A DNA stretch of 64,000 nucleotides, from the NCBI GenBank assembly GCA_029262195.1, contig JAJCZX010000027.1, positions 4,677-68,676 on the forward strand, given 5' to 3'. A program made the position numbers and the translations under genes. The DNA is from Gemmatimonadota bacterium. Lineage in GTDB: Bacteria; Gemmatimonadota; Gemmatimonadetes; Gemmatimonadales; GWC2-71-9. The notes under the pieces were generated by a model. That model made no database searches. It had not been told where the DNA came from and saw nothing but the letters and a program-made list of their open reading frames with translations. Of this stretch, positions 21,883-31,259 are shown one piece after another (positions within the stretch are counted from its first letter, which is position 1; every line of letters begins with the position of its first letter).

Positions 21883-22604
21883 TACGTTACCAGGCCAAGG
21901 AGTAGAGTTAGTCCGACGGCCACCAGGCCAAACCTCAGAGAGTCGATGCGCTTGAAAGCCCCCCGGGAAGCGACAATGCCAAGTGCAGCCACCGCAAGCA
22001 CCCCGCCGATATCTTCAAGGCGCCAAGTTCCTGCCAACCAAAAGATAACTTTAGGTACAGCAACGCCGATCATGAACGCGGCAAAGGCGTCGACTACGGC
22101 TAAAGCCTTTCTTATGCGCGGCGACCCCAGGGTGCGACCGACCGAAAGCCCTTTGTCATCTCCCAGTCTTATCCCCGCCCACCGGATCAAAACACTTGTT
22201 CCGAGAAAGGCCCCCACCAGAAGTATTGGCGCCAGGAGTCCGGCGTCGAGAGAGGTCAACACCAGTGTCGCACCCGCGAAGGACGGAAACAACCCGGCCC
22301 ATATGAAGCGATCGCCCACTAACCCAAGCGGCCCGATCAAAGCCTTCTTAAACCGTTCAATGTCTTCCGGCGTGGATCCGTCAATTTCTGCTCTCACAAG
22401 CGCCGAGGCAGCAAGGCCGGAAAGGAAAGGATGGCAATTGAAGTAGTCAGCCGATCTGCGACGAGCGGCCTCTCTTTTTTCCAGTGGGAGGTTTTTCAGT
22501 AATGGTCTCATCACGAAAGACAGGCCCACTCCCGACATCCTCTCGTAACTAAACGCGGCCAAGACTGAAAATGACCTGAACAATGTCTCCACACGTCCAT
22601 TCAT
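21882..22604 (-). CDS. PTS mannose-family EIID
   Basis: SYERMSG, FNCHPFL, LIGPLGLVGDRFIW. Confidence 0.85.
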   Translation of the reverse strand: MNGRVETLFRSFSVLAAFSYERMSGVGLSFVMRPLLKNLPLEKREAARRRSADYFNCHPFLSGLAASALVRAEIDGSTPEDIERFKKALIGPLGLVGDRFIWAGLFPSFAGATLVLTSLDAGLLAPILLVGAFLGTSVLIRWAGIRLGDDKGLSVGRTLGSPRIRKALAVVDAFAAFMIGVAVPKVIFWLAGTWRLEDIGGVLAVAALGIVASRGAFKRIDSLRFGLVAVGLTLLLGLVT

Positions 22605-23269
22605 ATTAACACCACCCAGAGCAATGCCACGGCCACACCGATCAAGTACATTCTTACTCCGGGCGTACGCCCCGCAACGTTGACTGCTCCACCTGCCGAC
22701 GCAGCGACACCGGCACCAATCGCCACCATCGACGACATTAGTGCCATTCTTGCAGAGGGATGGATCACGGTTCTTGCGACAATTGCCAGGCCCGCCCCCG
22801 CTGCAGTCGTCATGACTCCTCGGGTCGCGTCACGAAACCAACCGCGGAACTGGAGCCGGCTTACCGTCCCTGGATCACCCATGTCCAATTGTTCGGCGCA
22901 TGCAACGACATCAGCAGTGTTGGCGATCCTCACCAGATGTACGGCCTTTCCGCTCGCGTAGGCAACGGTAAGCCCGACGAAGGAAGCAAGCCCGAGACCG
23001 AGAATAACAGGGGCGTTGGCCAGAGCAACAACGCCCGCCAGAGAACCCACACCGTAGTCCGGGTATTTCGATGCGCCGACCGGCAGCACATCGAGGGCGA
23101 ACAATTCGAGAACCACTCCGATCACTAATCCAGCCTGTACGTCGCCAAGAATCAGACCTGCGATGGGAGCAGCGACAATGGGGCGCGAAAATCCGACCTG
23201 AGGCATCGTCAAATCGCCCCCAACGACCATCCCCCAGGCAGAGATAAGCAAGAATTCAGATACACTCAC
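22601..23269 (-). CDS. PTS mannose-family EIIC
   Basis: SRPIVAAPIAGLILGD...LELFALDVLPVGASKYPD; multi-TM. Confidence 0.85.
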   Translation of the reverse strand: MSVSEFLLISAWGMVVGGDLTMPQVGFSRPIVAAPIAGLILGDVQAGLVIGVVLELFALDVLPVGASKYPDYGVGSLAGVVALANAPVILGLGLASFVGLTVAYASGKAVHLVRIANTADVVACAEQLDMGDPGTVSRLQFRGWFRDATRGVMTTAAGAGLAIVARTVIHPSARMALMSSMVAIGAGVAASAGGAVNVAGRTPGVRMYLIGVAVALLWVVLI

Positions 23270-23739
23270 GCCAGGTCACCGAGAGGAACCGGCTTGGTTG
23301 CAGGGAGGTCCTGCGCAGTTACTCGAATCGACTGATTTTCAAGGGATTGAAGGGTGGCAAATTCATCGTCTGTGAGAAAGACGTAAGGGAGCCGTTCTCG
23401 TCGACCGTCGCCCCGGTGGACCCCCCCGATATTAATTTCTGTTACCCTTGCGCCGGTCTCACAAAGTCGGGTTAGTCCGTCCACGTCGCCAATGACGAGG
23501 ATCACCTTTTCCCTGCTGTCAGCCCAATCCTGAATTTTGTCTCGAGCATCTCCGACCGACAAAAAATCAACCGACATGGATTCCGGTACTCCCATAGAAT
23601 AGAGTTCCTGTTCCCATTCGGTTTCGCTGACTTTGTCGTCAATGAGAACGAGGCGATCAATCCCAAGCGCGTTTCCCCAGCCCACTACGACCTGTCCATG
23701 AACCAGACGGTCGTCCAAACGGAGAATCGAAATGCTCAT
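23266..23739 (-). CDS. PTS mannose-family EIIB
   Basis: RLDDRLVHGQV, EINIGG; ATG 23739 makes an ATGA overlap. Confidence 0.92.
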   Translation of the reverse strand: MSISILRLDDRLVHGQVVVGWGNALGIDRLVLIDDKVSETEWEQELYSMGVPESMSVDFLSVGDARDKIQDWADSREKVILVIGDVDGLTRLCETGARVTEINIGGVHRGDGRRERLPYVFLTDDEFATLQSLENQSIRVTAQDLPATKPVPLGDLA

Positions 23740-24113
23740 GTACCGAGCGACTTGATTGCGTCGAGGCCCTTGGTCACCGCCCGCTGCGCAGCTTGAGACG
23801 GGGTTAACTCTCGATGGAAACAAAAATCCAGGAGCATTGGCAGGTTTACTCCGGCGACCATAGCTCTTTTCGAGTCGGTACGCACCACACGAGCGGCGGC
23901 CTGAAGGCAACTTCCGACCGGCATGTCGACGAAAACAACTGAAGGCCGTCCCCGGGTCGCCGCATCAATTCGATCGCCAAGGTCCTCCAAGTCACACCCT
24001 TCGTTGCTCACCGGCACAAAAACACCTGTGATACCGGTAATACGTTCCGCCGCCTCCACCATGCCCTCGGCTACCGTCCCGTGAGTCACAACAACTCCAG
24101 TTAGGTCACTCAT
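23736..24113 (-). CDS. PTS mannose-family EIIA
   Basis: VVVTHG, VFVDMPVGSC, GVNLPMLL. Confidence 0.92.
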   Translation of the reverse strand: MSDLTGVVVTHGTVAEGMVEAAERITGITGVFVPVSNEGCDLEDLGDRIDAATRGRPSVVFVDMPVGSCLQAAARVVRTDSKRAMVAGVNLPMLLDFCFHRELTPSQAAQRAVTKGLDAIKSLGT

Positions 24114-25068
24114 AGTCCTCAGACAGGTATTTTTTCAGGTCGCGCTTCTCGGCCATCTGGCGCACCAGCCGGTCGTTGAGGTTTTGCGCGGAGTCTACCC
24201 CACTGTATTTGAGAAGGTGGTTGAGCGCCACGACTTCGGAGACAACTGTGATATTCTTGCCGGGAATCAGAGGGATGACAACTTCTGGAACTTCGACACC
24301 CAGTATATCCCGGGTTTTGGTGTTCAGCCCCGTGCGGTCAACATCTCGTGCATCGTCCCAATCCGCTAGTTCAACAACCACTTCTATCCTTTTTTGCTGT
24401 CGAAACGCCCGTACGCCGAACAGGGCTGACACGTCGACGAGGCCAACACCCCTGATTTCCATAAAGCGAGAGGTAACCTCTTCGGATTTCCCGATCAAAA
24501 CACCCGATCCCCGCCGTGTTACGTTGACCAGATCGTCAGCCACCAACCGGTGTCCGCGCTCGACCAGATCGAGAACACATTCACTCTTGCCGATCCCTGA
24601 TCTCCCAACGAAAAGGAGTCCAACTCCATAAACGTCGGCGAGCGAGCCATGCACTTTGGTAGCAGGTGAGAACGCCTCTCTCAAGTATGGGGTTATCAGT
24701 CGGTAAAATTGGGAAGTGGAAAGGCTGGACCTGAGCACCGGGACTTTTCGTTTTCGGGCCACCGAAAACAGTTCTTCTGGAATTGGTTGATCCTTGGTAA
24801 CGAAAACGCACGGGAGGTCGTAAGAAAGAAACGTATCGAGCGATTTAGTTCTTTCGCGCGCGCTGAGGTTTTCCAGATAAGCCATCTCTGTTTCGCCCAA
24901 CGCATGAAGGCGTTTGCTCACAAAGCGCTCCACGAAACCCGCCAGCACCAGCCCGGGGCTGGTGATTTCCGGAACCGTGATTTCCCGATCAAGAGAGAGG
25001 TCCTCTGTCATTACCTCAAGCTGGAGGGTGTCTCCTAAACTCTCAAGAAGATCAGCTACGGTAGTCAC
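24106..25068 (-). CDS. hprK: HPr kinase/phosphorylase
   Basis: HGSLADVYGVG, GRSGIGKSE, LVADD, MEIRGVG. Confidence 0.96.
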   Translation of the reverse strand: MTTVADLLESLGDTLQLEVMTEDLSLDREITVPEITSPGLVLAGFVERFVSKRLHALGETEMAYLENLSARERTKSLDTFLSYDLPCVFVTKDQPIPEELFSVARKRKVPVLRSSLSTSQFYRLITPYLREAFSPATKVHGSLADVYGVGLLFVGRSGIGKSECVLDLVERGHRLVADDLVNVTRRGSGVLIGKSEEVTSRFMEIRGVGLVDVSALFGVRAFRQQKRIEVVVELADWDDARDVDRTGLNTKTRDILGVEVPEVVIPLIPGKNITVVSEVVALNHLLKYSGVDSAQNLNDRLVRQMAEKRDLKKYLSEDYE

Positions 25069-25077
25069 GAAAGGCCG

Positions 25078-25359
25078 CTAACGCTTTCCAAGAACTTTGT
25101 CCAACTGTACGGCTGCCTTGTCGACCATACGGTCCAACGCAGTGCGGAAATCACTTTCCTCTGCGGTCGCTACCACCAGATGGCCGCCAGGTATATACAT
25201 TTTCAATTCGGCCAGACATTTATCGTGATCCTGGTCCAGAACAACCTTCGCAGGTTGGGGAGCCTGCGCCCGGAGCATCAATTTGTCGACAAGTTCCCTC
25301 GCCCGTTCCTTGATATCGTCCGACACAGATGTATGTCTTACCGTGATCGAGACTTCCAT
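25078..25359 (-). CDS. hpf: Ribosome hibernation factor / sigma54 modulation protein (short HPF/RaiA-like)
   Basis: ITVRH...DFRTALDRMVDKA; upstream of hprK as in other bacteria; GGAGG RBS. Confidence 0.8.
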   Translation of the reverse strand: MEVSITVRHTSVSDDIKERARELVDKLMLRAQAPQPAKVVLDQDHDKCLAELKMYIPGGHLVVATAEESDFRTALDRMVDKAAVQLDKVLGKR

Positions 25360-25377
25360 TAGCCCTCCCTTTCTAAC

Positions 25378-26487
25378 TCAATTTGAAATTGTTTGCAGCA
25401 AATGTTGTTCGGTTTGATCCGCCGCTTTTTTCCAGGAAAACTCCTCAGCAAAGGTCCGCGCATTCGCACCAAGCTTTTCGACAAGCTCGGGGTCGGACCC
25501 AAAATTTACCATCGCACCTGCCATTGCTCCAACATCGCCATGTTCAACGAGCACGCCGGTTTTGCCGTCAATGGCTGTTTCTCTCAGACCCGGACTATTA
25601 GACGCGATTGCCGGCGTTCCGCAGGCGGCCGCTTCGATGTTTGTGATTCCCCAACCCTCTTTTGCCGACGGAAAAACCACCGCCCACGCCCGACGCATCA
25701 GCTCCCTTTTTTTCTCTTCGCTAACGTAACCCAAAAATTCTACCAGGTCCACGATACCGAGGGATCGCGTAACCTTTTCCAGCCTGGCACGGTCATCGCC
25801 TGCTCCAGCGACCTGTAGTTTGGCTCCCCCGAGTCTTTTTTTGGCTTCGTTTAGGCCTCTAATAGCCGTTTCAACACCCTTGTATTTTTGGAGTCGCCCC
25901 GTGTAAAGGAACGTAGGGAGCTCGGCCCGACCGACCTCCGGGGCCGGAGTAAGCCAGTCGAAGTCGACTCCCGGGTATATCACTCTTACCAGGTCAGGGC
26001 GGACACCTCGTCCGACGATGTCATCCCGGGTGCTTTTGCTGATAACGTGAAACGCTGACTTGCGGTAAACTCGTGGAATTGGACGTTCCGACAACCACAC
26101 GGTTGCAGCGACAGGAAACGGAGCCTGGGTAAACGCAGTAGTTCCGAAGAGGTGCGGGATAATGACATAAACCGGCAGGTCGGTGAGGGTCGGGGAGTAC
26201 AATGGAATCTTGTTGATGTCTTCGACAACAACATCGAAGTCCTTATTCTTCAACACCTTACGGATCGCCGCCCTTCCTTTGACGGCGAAGGAATACCTCG
26301 ACCCACAGCGAACAATTTCTAAGCCGTCAACCGTTTCCGTTGCGGGAGCTCCATCCCAACCTGAGACGACGAGAGTAACCTCATGCCCACGTTCTACCAG
26401 CCGTTTAAAAATCTCAAAAAAATGGACTTCGGCCCCACCAGCCTGAGGATTCAAACGATCCAACCAATTGATTGCGAGGATTTTCAC
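25378..26487 (-). CDS. Glycosyltransferase family 4
   Basis: PQAGGAEVH, YTGRLQKYKG, EGWGITNIEAAACGTP. Confidence 0.92.
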   Translation of the reverse strand: MKILAINWLDRLNPQAGGAEVHFFEIFKRLVERGHEVTLVVSGWDGAPATETVDGLEIVRCGSRYSFAVKGRAAIRKVLKNKDFDVVVEDINKIPLYSPTLTDLPVYVIIPHLFGTTAFTQAPFPVAATVWLSERPIPRVYRKSAFHVISKSTRDDIVGRGVRPDLVRVIYPGVDFDWLTPAPEVGRAELPTFLYTGRLQKYKGVETAIRGLNEAKKRLGGAKLQVAGAGDDRARLEKVTRSLGIVDLVEFLGYVSEEKKRELMRRAWAVVFPSAKEGWGITNIEAAACGTPAIASNSPGLRETAIDGKTGVLVEHGDVGAMAGAMVNFGSDPELVEKLGANARTFAEEFSWKKAADQTEQHLLQTISN

Positions 26488-26903
26488 AGCCGATTGTTGG
26501 TCCGCGCTAACCGGTCAAGGACACCGTTTACGAACTGTGGCGTTTTGGTCCCACCAAACCAATGAGCCAAACGTAGCGCTTCGTCGATTACTATGGGCGC
26601 AGGAGTATCCGTACACTCCTTTAACTCAAACAAGCCAATCCGAAGGACTATCCGTTCAATGAGGCCAACCCTTTCGAGTCGCCAATTGTCAGCGGCATCG
26701 GCTATCTCCCCATCGAATTCTTCAACCCGGTCCGCCACCTTTCTCGCGAGGTCCTCGGCGCGTTCCAACTCGCGACCGCTTCCATTGGACATTGAAATCG
26801 CCCGACGGGCCACTTCATCCATGGGTTGAAGCGATCCGCTCGATTCCCACGCATAAAGAAGCTGCAGGGCCCTGGCCCTGACTTTAGATTCAATCCTGAG
26901 CAT
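26484..26903 (-). CDS. nusB: Transcription antitermination factor NusB
   Basis: RARALQLLY, WRLERVG, IDEALRLAH...FVNGVLD; follows ribH. Confidence 0.93.
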   Translation of the reverse strand: MLRIESKVRARALQLLYAWESSGSLQPMDEVARRAISMSNGSGRELERAEDLARKVADRVEEFDGEIADAADNWRLERVGLIERIVLRIGLFELKECTDTPAPIVIDEALRLAHWFGGTKTPQFVNGVLDRLARTNNRL

Positions 26904-27369
26904 CGAATCTCAACTCTTTCAGTCGAAGAGCGGTCTCGATGGCGCTCGCCGCTGCATCAGCCCCTTTGTTGCCGGCAGTACCACCTGCGCGGGCGAGGGC
27001 CTGAGGCATGTCATCGCAGGTGAGAAGTCCGAACCCAACGGCGCATCCGTAGGCAAGCGCGACATCCTGCAATCCGCGGGAAGTTTCGGCACAGACGTAA
27101 TCGAAATGTGGAGTACCTCCTCTAACCACCGCACCCAACGCCACAGCGAAGTCGAACCGACCGGTCGCCAACGCCACGCTTACCGTCACCGGCAACTCGA
27201 AAGCCCCGGGTACCCATACCACCTCAACGAGATCGGAGCCGTAGCCCTCCTGTTCGAGAGTCTCCAGGGCACCATCGAGGAGTTTGCGCGTTATTGCCTC
27301 GTTGAAGCGGCTTACTGCAACGAAGACTTTTTCAGGAACCTGAGGCTCACCTTGTTCTTGATTGGTCAC
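26890..27369 (-). CDS. ribH: Lumazine synthase
   Basis: SRFNEAIT, VPGAFELP, GAVVRGGTPHFDYV, GNKG. Confidence 0.96.
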   Translation of the reverse strand: MTNQEQGEPQVPEKVFVAVSRFNEAITRKLLDGALETLEQEGYGSDLVEVVWVPGAFELPVTVSVALATGRFDFAVALGAVVRGGTPHFDYVCAETSRGLQDVALAYGCAVGFGLLTCDDMPQALARAGGTAGNKGADAAASAIETALRLKELRFDAQD

Positions 27370-28568
27370 GCCAGGAAGTGTCCTAATTTATCTCGCTTAG
27401 CCTCAAGGTAATTTCTGTTTTCGTCCGTTGACGGTGGTACGAGCGGCACGCGATCAACCAGAGTGAGGTCGTAACCTTCCAGCCCGACCAATTTCCGGGG
27501 ATTATTGGTTAGCACTCGAATTCGGCGCAATCCGAGGTCCATCAAAATCTGTGCTCCTACACCATAATTCCGGAGATCTGGAGGGAACCCAAGTTTTTCG
27601 TTCGCCTCAACGGTGTCCTGTCCTGCGTCCTGAAGGGCATATGCTTTCAGTTTATTCAACAAACCGATTCCCCGACCTTCCTGGTCAAGGTAAACGATGG
27701 CTCCACATCCTTCCTCTGCGATGTTCTTCATGGCGCTCTGCAACTGCCAACCGCAGTCACAACGCTCGGAGCCAAAAACATCTCCAGTAAGACACTTCGA
27801 ATGCATCCTGACCAGAGTGTCTTGTTTCGCGTCCAACTCGCCGAAGACCAGCGCGACGTGCTCGGCGGAATCAAGATCGTTCTCGTAGCCGATCACGTTG
27901 AAATCCCCGTACGGCGTCGGCAATCTTGCTTCAGCCACCCTTCGGACCAGCCTCTCCTTTTGCAGCCGGTAGGAAACAAGCTGGGCGACAGTGACAAAAA
28001 TCAGTTCGTGTTCCGCCGCGAAGGCCTCAAGAGCGTCCCTTCGCATCATCTCGCCCTGGTCATCCATGATTTCGCAAATCACTCCTGCGGGAGCCAGGCC
28101 TGCCAACCGTGCAAGGTCTACACTGGCCTCAGTCTGACCGATACGCTGGAGAACTCCTCCAGGGCGTGCACGCAACGGAAAGATATGACCGGGGCGCCGG
28201 AGATCTGATGGTACCGTGTCTGGATCGATGGTCACGTGGATGGTGCGAGCCCGATCAGCCGCCGATATTCCGGTGGTCACCCCGAACTTCTTCGCCGCAT
28301 CAACACTGATGGTAAAGGCCGTCTCCATCGACTCAGAGTTTCGTTCGGTCATTTGCGGGAGCCCCAGCGCGTCACACCGTTCGGGGGTGAGAGTTACGCA
28401 AATCAGCCCACGGCCATGTTTCGCCATGAAATTTATGGTCTCTGGCGTCGCCAGCTCTGCAGCCGCAACCAGGTCACCCTCGTTTTCCCGATCTTCATCA
28501 TCGGCGACGATCACCATCCTGCCAGCTTTTACTTCTTCAATTGCTTTTTCTATTGTCCCTAAACGCAT
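27366..28568 (-). CDS. ribBA: Bifunctional DHBP synthase / GTP cyclohydrolase II
   Basis: DDEDRENEGDL, RPGHIFPL, CLTGDVFGSERCDCG, QEGRGIGL, TNNPRK. TTG 28571 is an alternative start. Confidence 0.96.
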   Translation of the reverse strand: MRLGTIEKAIEEVKAGRMVIVADDEDRENEGDLVAAAELATPETINFMAKHGRGLICVTLTPERCDALGLPQMTERNSESMETAFTISVDAAKKFGVTTGISAADRARTIHVTIDPDTVPSDLRRPGHIFPLRARPGGVLQRIGQTEASVDLARLAGLAPAGVICEIMDDQGEMMRRDALEAFAAEHELIFVTVAQLVSYRLQKERLVRRVAEARLPTPYGDFNVIGYENDLDSAEHVALVFGELDAKQDTLVRMHSKCLTGDVFGSERCDCGWQLQSAMKNIAEEGCGAIVYLDQEGRGIGLLNKLKAYALQDAGQDTVEANEKLGFPPDLRNYGVGAQILMDLGLRRIRVLTNNPRKLVGLEGYDLTLVDRVPLVPPSTDENRNYLEAKRDKLGHFLA

Positions 28569-28578
28569 CAAAACTTCC

Positions 28579-29175
28579 TTAATTTTTCTTTCGAACGTCC
28601 ATCAACTGACGGACGAATTTTCCCAGCATATCAGACTCCAAATGCACCCGATCCCCAACACCGAGGTCCCCGAGATTCGTATGCTCCAGCGTGAACGGAA
28701 TAACCGAAATCTGGGCTATCGAATCGGATGGGATAGTGTTGACCGTCATGCTAACGCCATTGACCGTGATCGATCCGTGCAAAACCGTCAGCTCGGCAAT
28801 ATCGTCCGTCATCTCGATGTCGATTAGCCGGGCGTCTGTTTCGTCCTGCACTTTCAGGATTTTTCCGACACCATCGACATGACCTTGCACCAGATGCCCT
28901 CCAAGACGTTCTCCCAAACTCAGAGCCCGTTCCAGGTTGACCCTGCCTCCCACCTCCATGTCATCAAATCTGGTTCGTCCGCGGGTCGTTACCACAGCAT
29001 CCACCCTGAACGATCCCTCTCGGACCTCGACGACGGTCAGACACGCTCCGTCAACTGCAACACTTTCGCCGAGCACGAGATCTTTGAAAGGTGAATCCAC
29101 CGTGATCTGCATACAGCCTTTCGTCTCGACGATTTCGGTTATCGTGCCCGTCGCGGCAACTATGCCCGTAAACAT
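28579..29175 (-). CDS. ribE: Riboflavin synthase alpha chain
   Basis: MFTGIV N-terminus, GESVAVDGACLTV, GGHLVQGHVDG. Confidence 0.96.
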   Translation of the reverse strand: MFTGIVAATGTITEIVETKGCMQITVDSPFKDLVLGESVAVDGACLTVVEVREGSFRVDAVVTTRGRTRFDDMEVGGRVNLERALSLGERLGGHLVQGHVDGVGKILKVQDETDARLIDIEMTDDIAELTVLHGSITVNGVSMTVNTIPSDSIAQISVIPFTLEHTNLGDLGVGDRVHLESDMLGKFVRQLMDVRKKN

Positions 29176-30236
29176 ATGTCCCTCTCCAAAACTAACAGCG
29201 TATCGTCTCCCAGGGTTCGCCTTTCTACAACGTCCCACCGGTCGGGAGAGTCGATACTCTTTCCAGGGCCATTCGCGAAGGCCGGTATTCCAGCCCTGAG
29301 CATGATCGGGGCCTGTATCCAATACAGGCGGTTAACGAGCCCGGCATCGACTAAACTCCCGGCCAACACGCCGCCGCCCTCAACCAGAATCGCATTGCAC
29401 CCTGCGGCCTTCAATGCTTTCAGAGCTTTTTCAAGGGTCTCTGCCGCAATGGTAGTAATCGACTCGGAGATGGTCTCGAAACGAACATCGGGGCCAACCC
29501 CGACGACGTAGAGCCTGGTCTCCTCATCTTCGAACACCCTCAAACCGTCCCCGATCGGCCCCTTCCCAGTGAAGACGATGCGGGACGGTGGCACGCGGGG
29601 AGTCAGGTCACCGCGAACAGTCAGGTGAGGATTGTCTTTTTCAAGAGTCCTTCGTCCTACAGCGATGGCGTCGAAGCCAGCCCGTAACCAATGGACATAT
29701 TCGCCGGCCACGGGCCCGCTAACCCACCTGGACTTTCCTTTTTCGTCCGCAATGAATCCGTCGATCGAACTAGCCAATTTGACGGCAACGTATGGAAGGG
29801 CGGGGTTTCTTTGGTTGTGCAAAAAAGGTGCGTTGAGCCGCTCAGCCATCGAATTGGTGTCCAGGTACACAACGTCTACACCTTCCAGTTTAAGACGTTC
29901 TGCGCCACCACAAGCAACCGTGTGCGGGTCTGAGCAGCCGTAGACCACCCGTTTGATCCCGGCCTCTATCAGGGCCGAAGTACAGGGAGGCGTCTTTCCT
30001 TCATGATTACACGGCTCAAGGTTCACGACACAGGTGCACCCCGCCGGATCGTCAACCAGGCTGAGCGCTTCCACTTCGGCATGGGGTTGGCCGAAGGCGC
30101 GGTGATAGCCTGTGCCGACGACTTTTTCTCCCCGCAGGATTACTGCACCCACCAGTGGATTGGGATGGACCTGACCCCAACCCTTGAGGGCCAACTCCAT
30201 GCAAAGCTCCATCGCTCGTTTCTCGTGCATACTCAA
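29160..30236 (-). CDS. ribD: Bifunctional pyrimidine deaminase/reductase
   Basis: PNPLVGA, HAE, LEPCNHEGKTPPC, KLASSIDG, LVEGGG. Confidence 0.95.
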   Translation of the reverse strand: MSMHEKRAMELCMELALKGWGQVHPNPLVGAVILRGEKVVGTGYHRAFGQPHAEVEALSLVDDPAGCTCVVNLEPCNHEGKTPPCTSALIEAGIKRVVYGCSDPHTVACGGAERLKLEGVDVVYLDTNSMAERLNAPFLHNQRNPALPYVAVKLASSIDGFIADEKGKSRWVSGPVAGEYVHWLRAGFDAIAVGRRTLEKDNPHLTVRGDLTPRVPPSRIVFTGKGPIGDGLRVFEDEETRLYVVGVGPDVRFETISESITTIAAETLEKALKALKAAGCNAILVEGGGVLAGSLVDAGLVNRLYWIQAPIMLRAGIPAFANGPGKSIDSPDRWDVVERRTLGDDTLLVLERDICLRA

Positions 30237-31259
30237 CTACTCGATAACGATTTGGTCACCCGATACGACTTCGCCGACAACCCACGACTCCGTACCTGCG
30301 GCAATCGCGGAGGACGTAACATTGTCGACATCTCCGGGCGCAACGACCGAAATCATCCCAACCCCCATGTTAAAAACGTCGAACATCTCTGCTGTGGTCA
30401 CTTTGCCCGCGTCTTGCAGAACAGCAAAGACGTTGGGCGTCTCCCAGCTCTGTGCATCGATGCGGGCGCCACAGCTCGATGGAAGCGTTCGGGAAAGATT
30501 CCCCCTTATGCCACCACCGGTGATATGCGCCATCCCCTTAATCTTGCAGAGCGTCGGGTTGATGGCATCGAAGTAGCTTCGATGAATCTTAAGAAACACA
30601 TCAGCCACAGTTTCGCTGGTGTTGGGGAACAGCGAACCAACTTCAAGGCTCAAATCCTCAAACACGATTTTCCTGGCGAGCGTGTATCCATTGGTGTGGA
30701 GACCACTGGCCGAGTAACCCACCAGGACATCGCCCGAAACGATCTCGTCCCCATCAATGGCATCCTCGGCGCCAACGGCCCCAACAATAGTACCAGCCAG
30801 GTCGTAATGTCCTTCAGAATAAAGATCCGGTAATTGGGCCGTCTCACCACCCGACAATATCATGTTGTGAGCGATACATCCGCGGGCGACGCCTTCGACA
30901 ATAGATGCAACGGTTTCCGTGACCAGCGTATGGGCAGCCAGGTAATCCTGAAACGCGACCGGCCGCGCGCCCTGAACCAGGATGTCGTTAACACAGTGAT
31001 TGACAAGATCCTCTCCGACCGAATGGTGAATACCAGCAGCTATGGAAACGAGAACCTTGGTTCCAACGCCATCGGTACTCACCACAACCACGGGATCAGC
31101 AATGTCAGGGGGCAGACGAAACATCCCCCCGAAACCACCTATTTTCCCGAGTGCGAGATCCGTATTTGTTGACGCGATAGCGGACCCAATTCGCAGCTTC
31201 GCTTGATCAGCCGCATCCAGATCTACTCCAGATTCTTTGTAGCGATCAGCCGAACTCAC
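30237..31259 (-). CDS. purM: AIR synthetase
   Basis: YKESGVD, TDGVGTK, GGETAQ, HTNGY, FNMGVG. Confidence 0.96.
   Translation of the reverse strand: MSSADRYKESGVDLDAADQAKLRIGSAIASTNTDLALGKIGGFGGMFRLPPDIADPVVVVSTDGVGTKVLVSIAAGIHHSVGEDLVNHCVNDILVQGARPVAFQDYLAAHTLVTETVASIVEGVARGCIAHNMILSGGETAQLPDLYSEGHYDLAGTIVGAVGAEDAIDGDEIVSGDVLVGYSASGLHTNGYTLARKIVFEDLSLEVGSLFPNTSETVADVFLKIHRSYFDAINPTLCKIKGMAHITGGGIRGNLSRTLPSSCGARIDAQSWETPNVFAVLQDAGKVTTAEMFDVFNMGVGMISVVAPGDVDNVTSSAIAAGTESWVVGEVVSGDQIVIE

Noticed and set aside
29176-29322. Extended starts for ribE, and similarly btuD, btuC, EIIB, mtaB, ftsY and ftsQ
   Set aside because: They extend far into the upstream gene; downstream starts give canonical N-termini and short stop/start overlaps.
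30237-30300. Possible FMN riboswitch upstream of ribD
   Set aside because: ribD abuts the purM stop with no gap and no RFN consensus is present.
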